Assembly: GCA_047947115.1 (NCBI GenBank)
Contig: CP170459.1
Span: 4,800,001-4,864,000, forward strand
Direction of reading: 5' to 3'
DNA length: 64,000 bases
From: Verrucomicrobiota bacterium
GTDB taxonomy: Bacteria > Verrucomicrobiota > Verrucomicrobiia > Limisphaerales > AAA164-E04
The position numbers and the translations under genes are program-made. This document shows positions 63,639-64,000 of this stretch, one piece after another; the first letter of the stretch is position 1, and every line of letters begins with the position of its first letter. Below the pieces are notes generated by a model. That model was not told where the DNA came from. It saw nothing but the letters and a program-made list of their open reading frames with translations, and did no database searches.

Positions 63639-64000
63639 GTGGCCACGAGGCGGATAATCTAGGTGATGGGGCTCTGGTTTGGCAAGGCATTCTTTTTGGT
63701 GGATTTGGTTATTTTTTCTCTCGCAAAGGCGCGGAGACGCAGAGGGGGAAAGTTTTTTGAAGGGAATCGAGGGGAGTCGGATGGTGTGGGCTTCCCGAAA
63801 TGGAGGTGGGTGGTTGTCAGGGGTGCTGTGAGGGGCGTGACGGGACGTCCCCCGCTACCGAGCGGCTTCACCTTAATCAAATTCTTTGCGTTCCTGGCGG
63901 TCTTTGCGCCTTGGCGAGATAAACCTATTGAGCGATACGGATCCACAACCAGCAATCCATTTCAGGAATGTGTTGGTCCACGTTGTATGCAGGTTGTAAA

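Overview
The window has two parts. Positions 1 to about 35,833 are an AT-richer accessory region that ends exactly at a split comM (yifB) gene, so it is most likely the right part of a large integrative element whose left end and recombinase lie outside the window. It carries a type II-C CRISPR-Cas9 locus (3' part of cas9, cas1, cas2, nine 36-bp repeats and eight spacers), a thermonuclease, a cluster of large secreted Ig/LamG/C-type-lectin/LRR proteins with duplicated, mosaic C-terminal stalks and orphan fragments, a DUF2130 protein, an IS5 remnant, a type I R-M system, a leftward operon of small phage-like genes (one GNAT-like), and a stand-alone family-A-polymerase-like (TV-Pol-like) gene followed by a hairpin cluster next to the comM junction. 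Positions from about 35,834 to 64,000 are GC-richer host chromosome, probably of a verrucomicrobial/PVC bacterium (inferred from gene content): comM 3' half, sulfatase, three tandem CNNM/CorC genes behind fur, HpnN-like MMPL, yebC, DUF1080, a Phd-VapC toxin-antitoxin pair beside a cas4 relic, NIPSNAP, CotH, an MlaEFD-PqiC-like ABC operon, an AGE epimerase, a DUF885-S9 peptidase fusion, a nitroreductase, a truncated Fic gene and tRNA-Val(CAC). The best candidate for a new system is the comM-integrated, PolA-like-polymerase-encoding element that carries Cas9, R-M and shuffled surface-protein cassettes. All family calls come from motif recognition by eye, not database searches.
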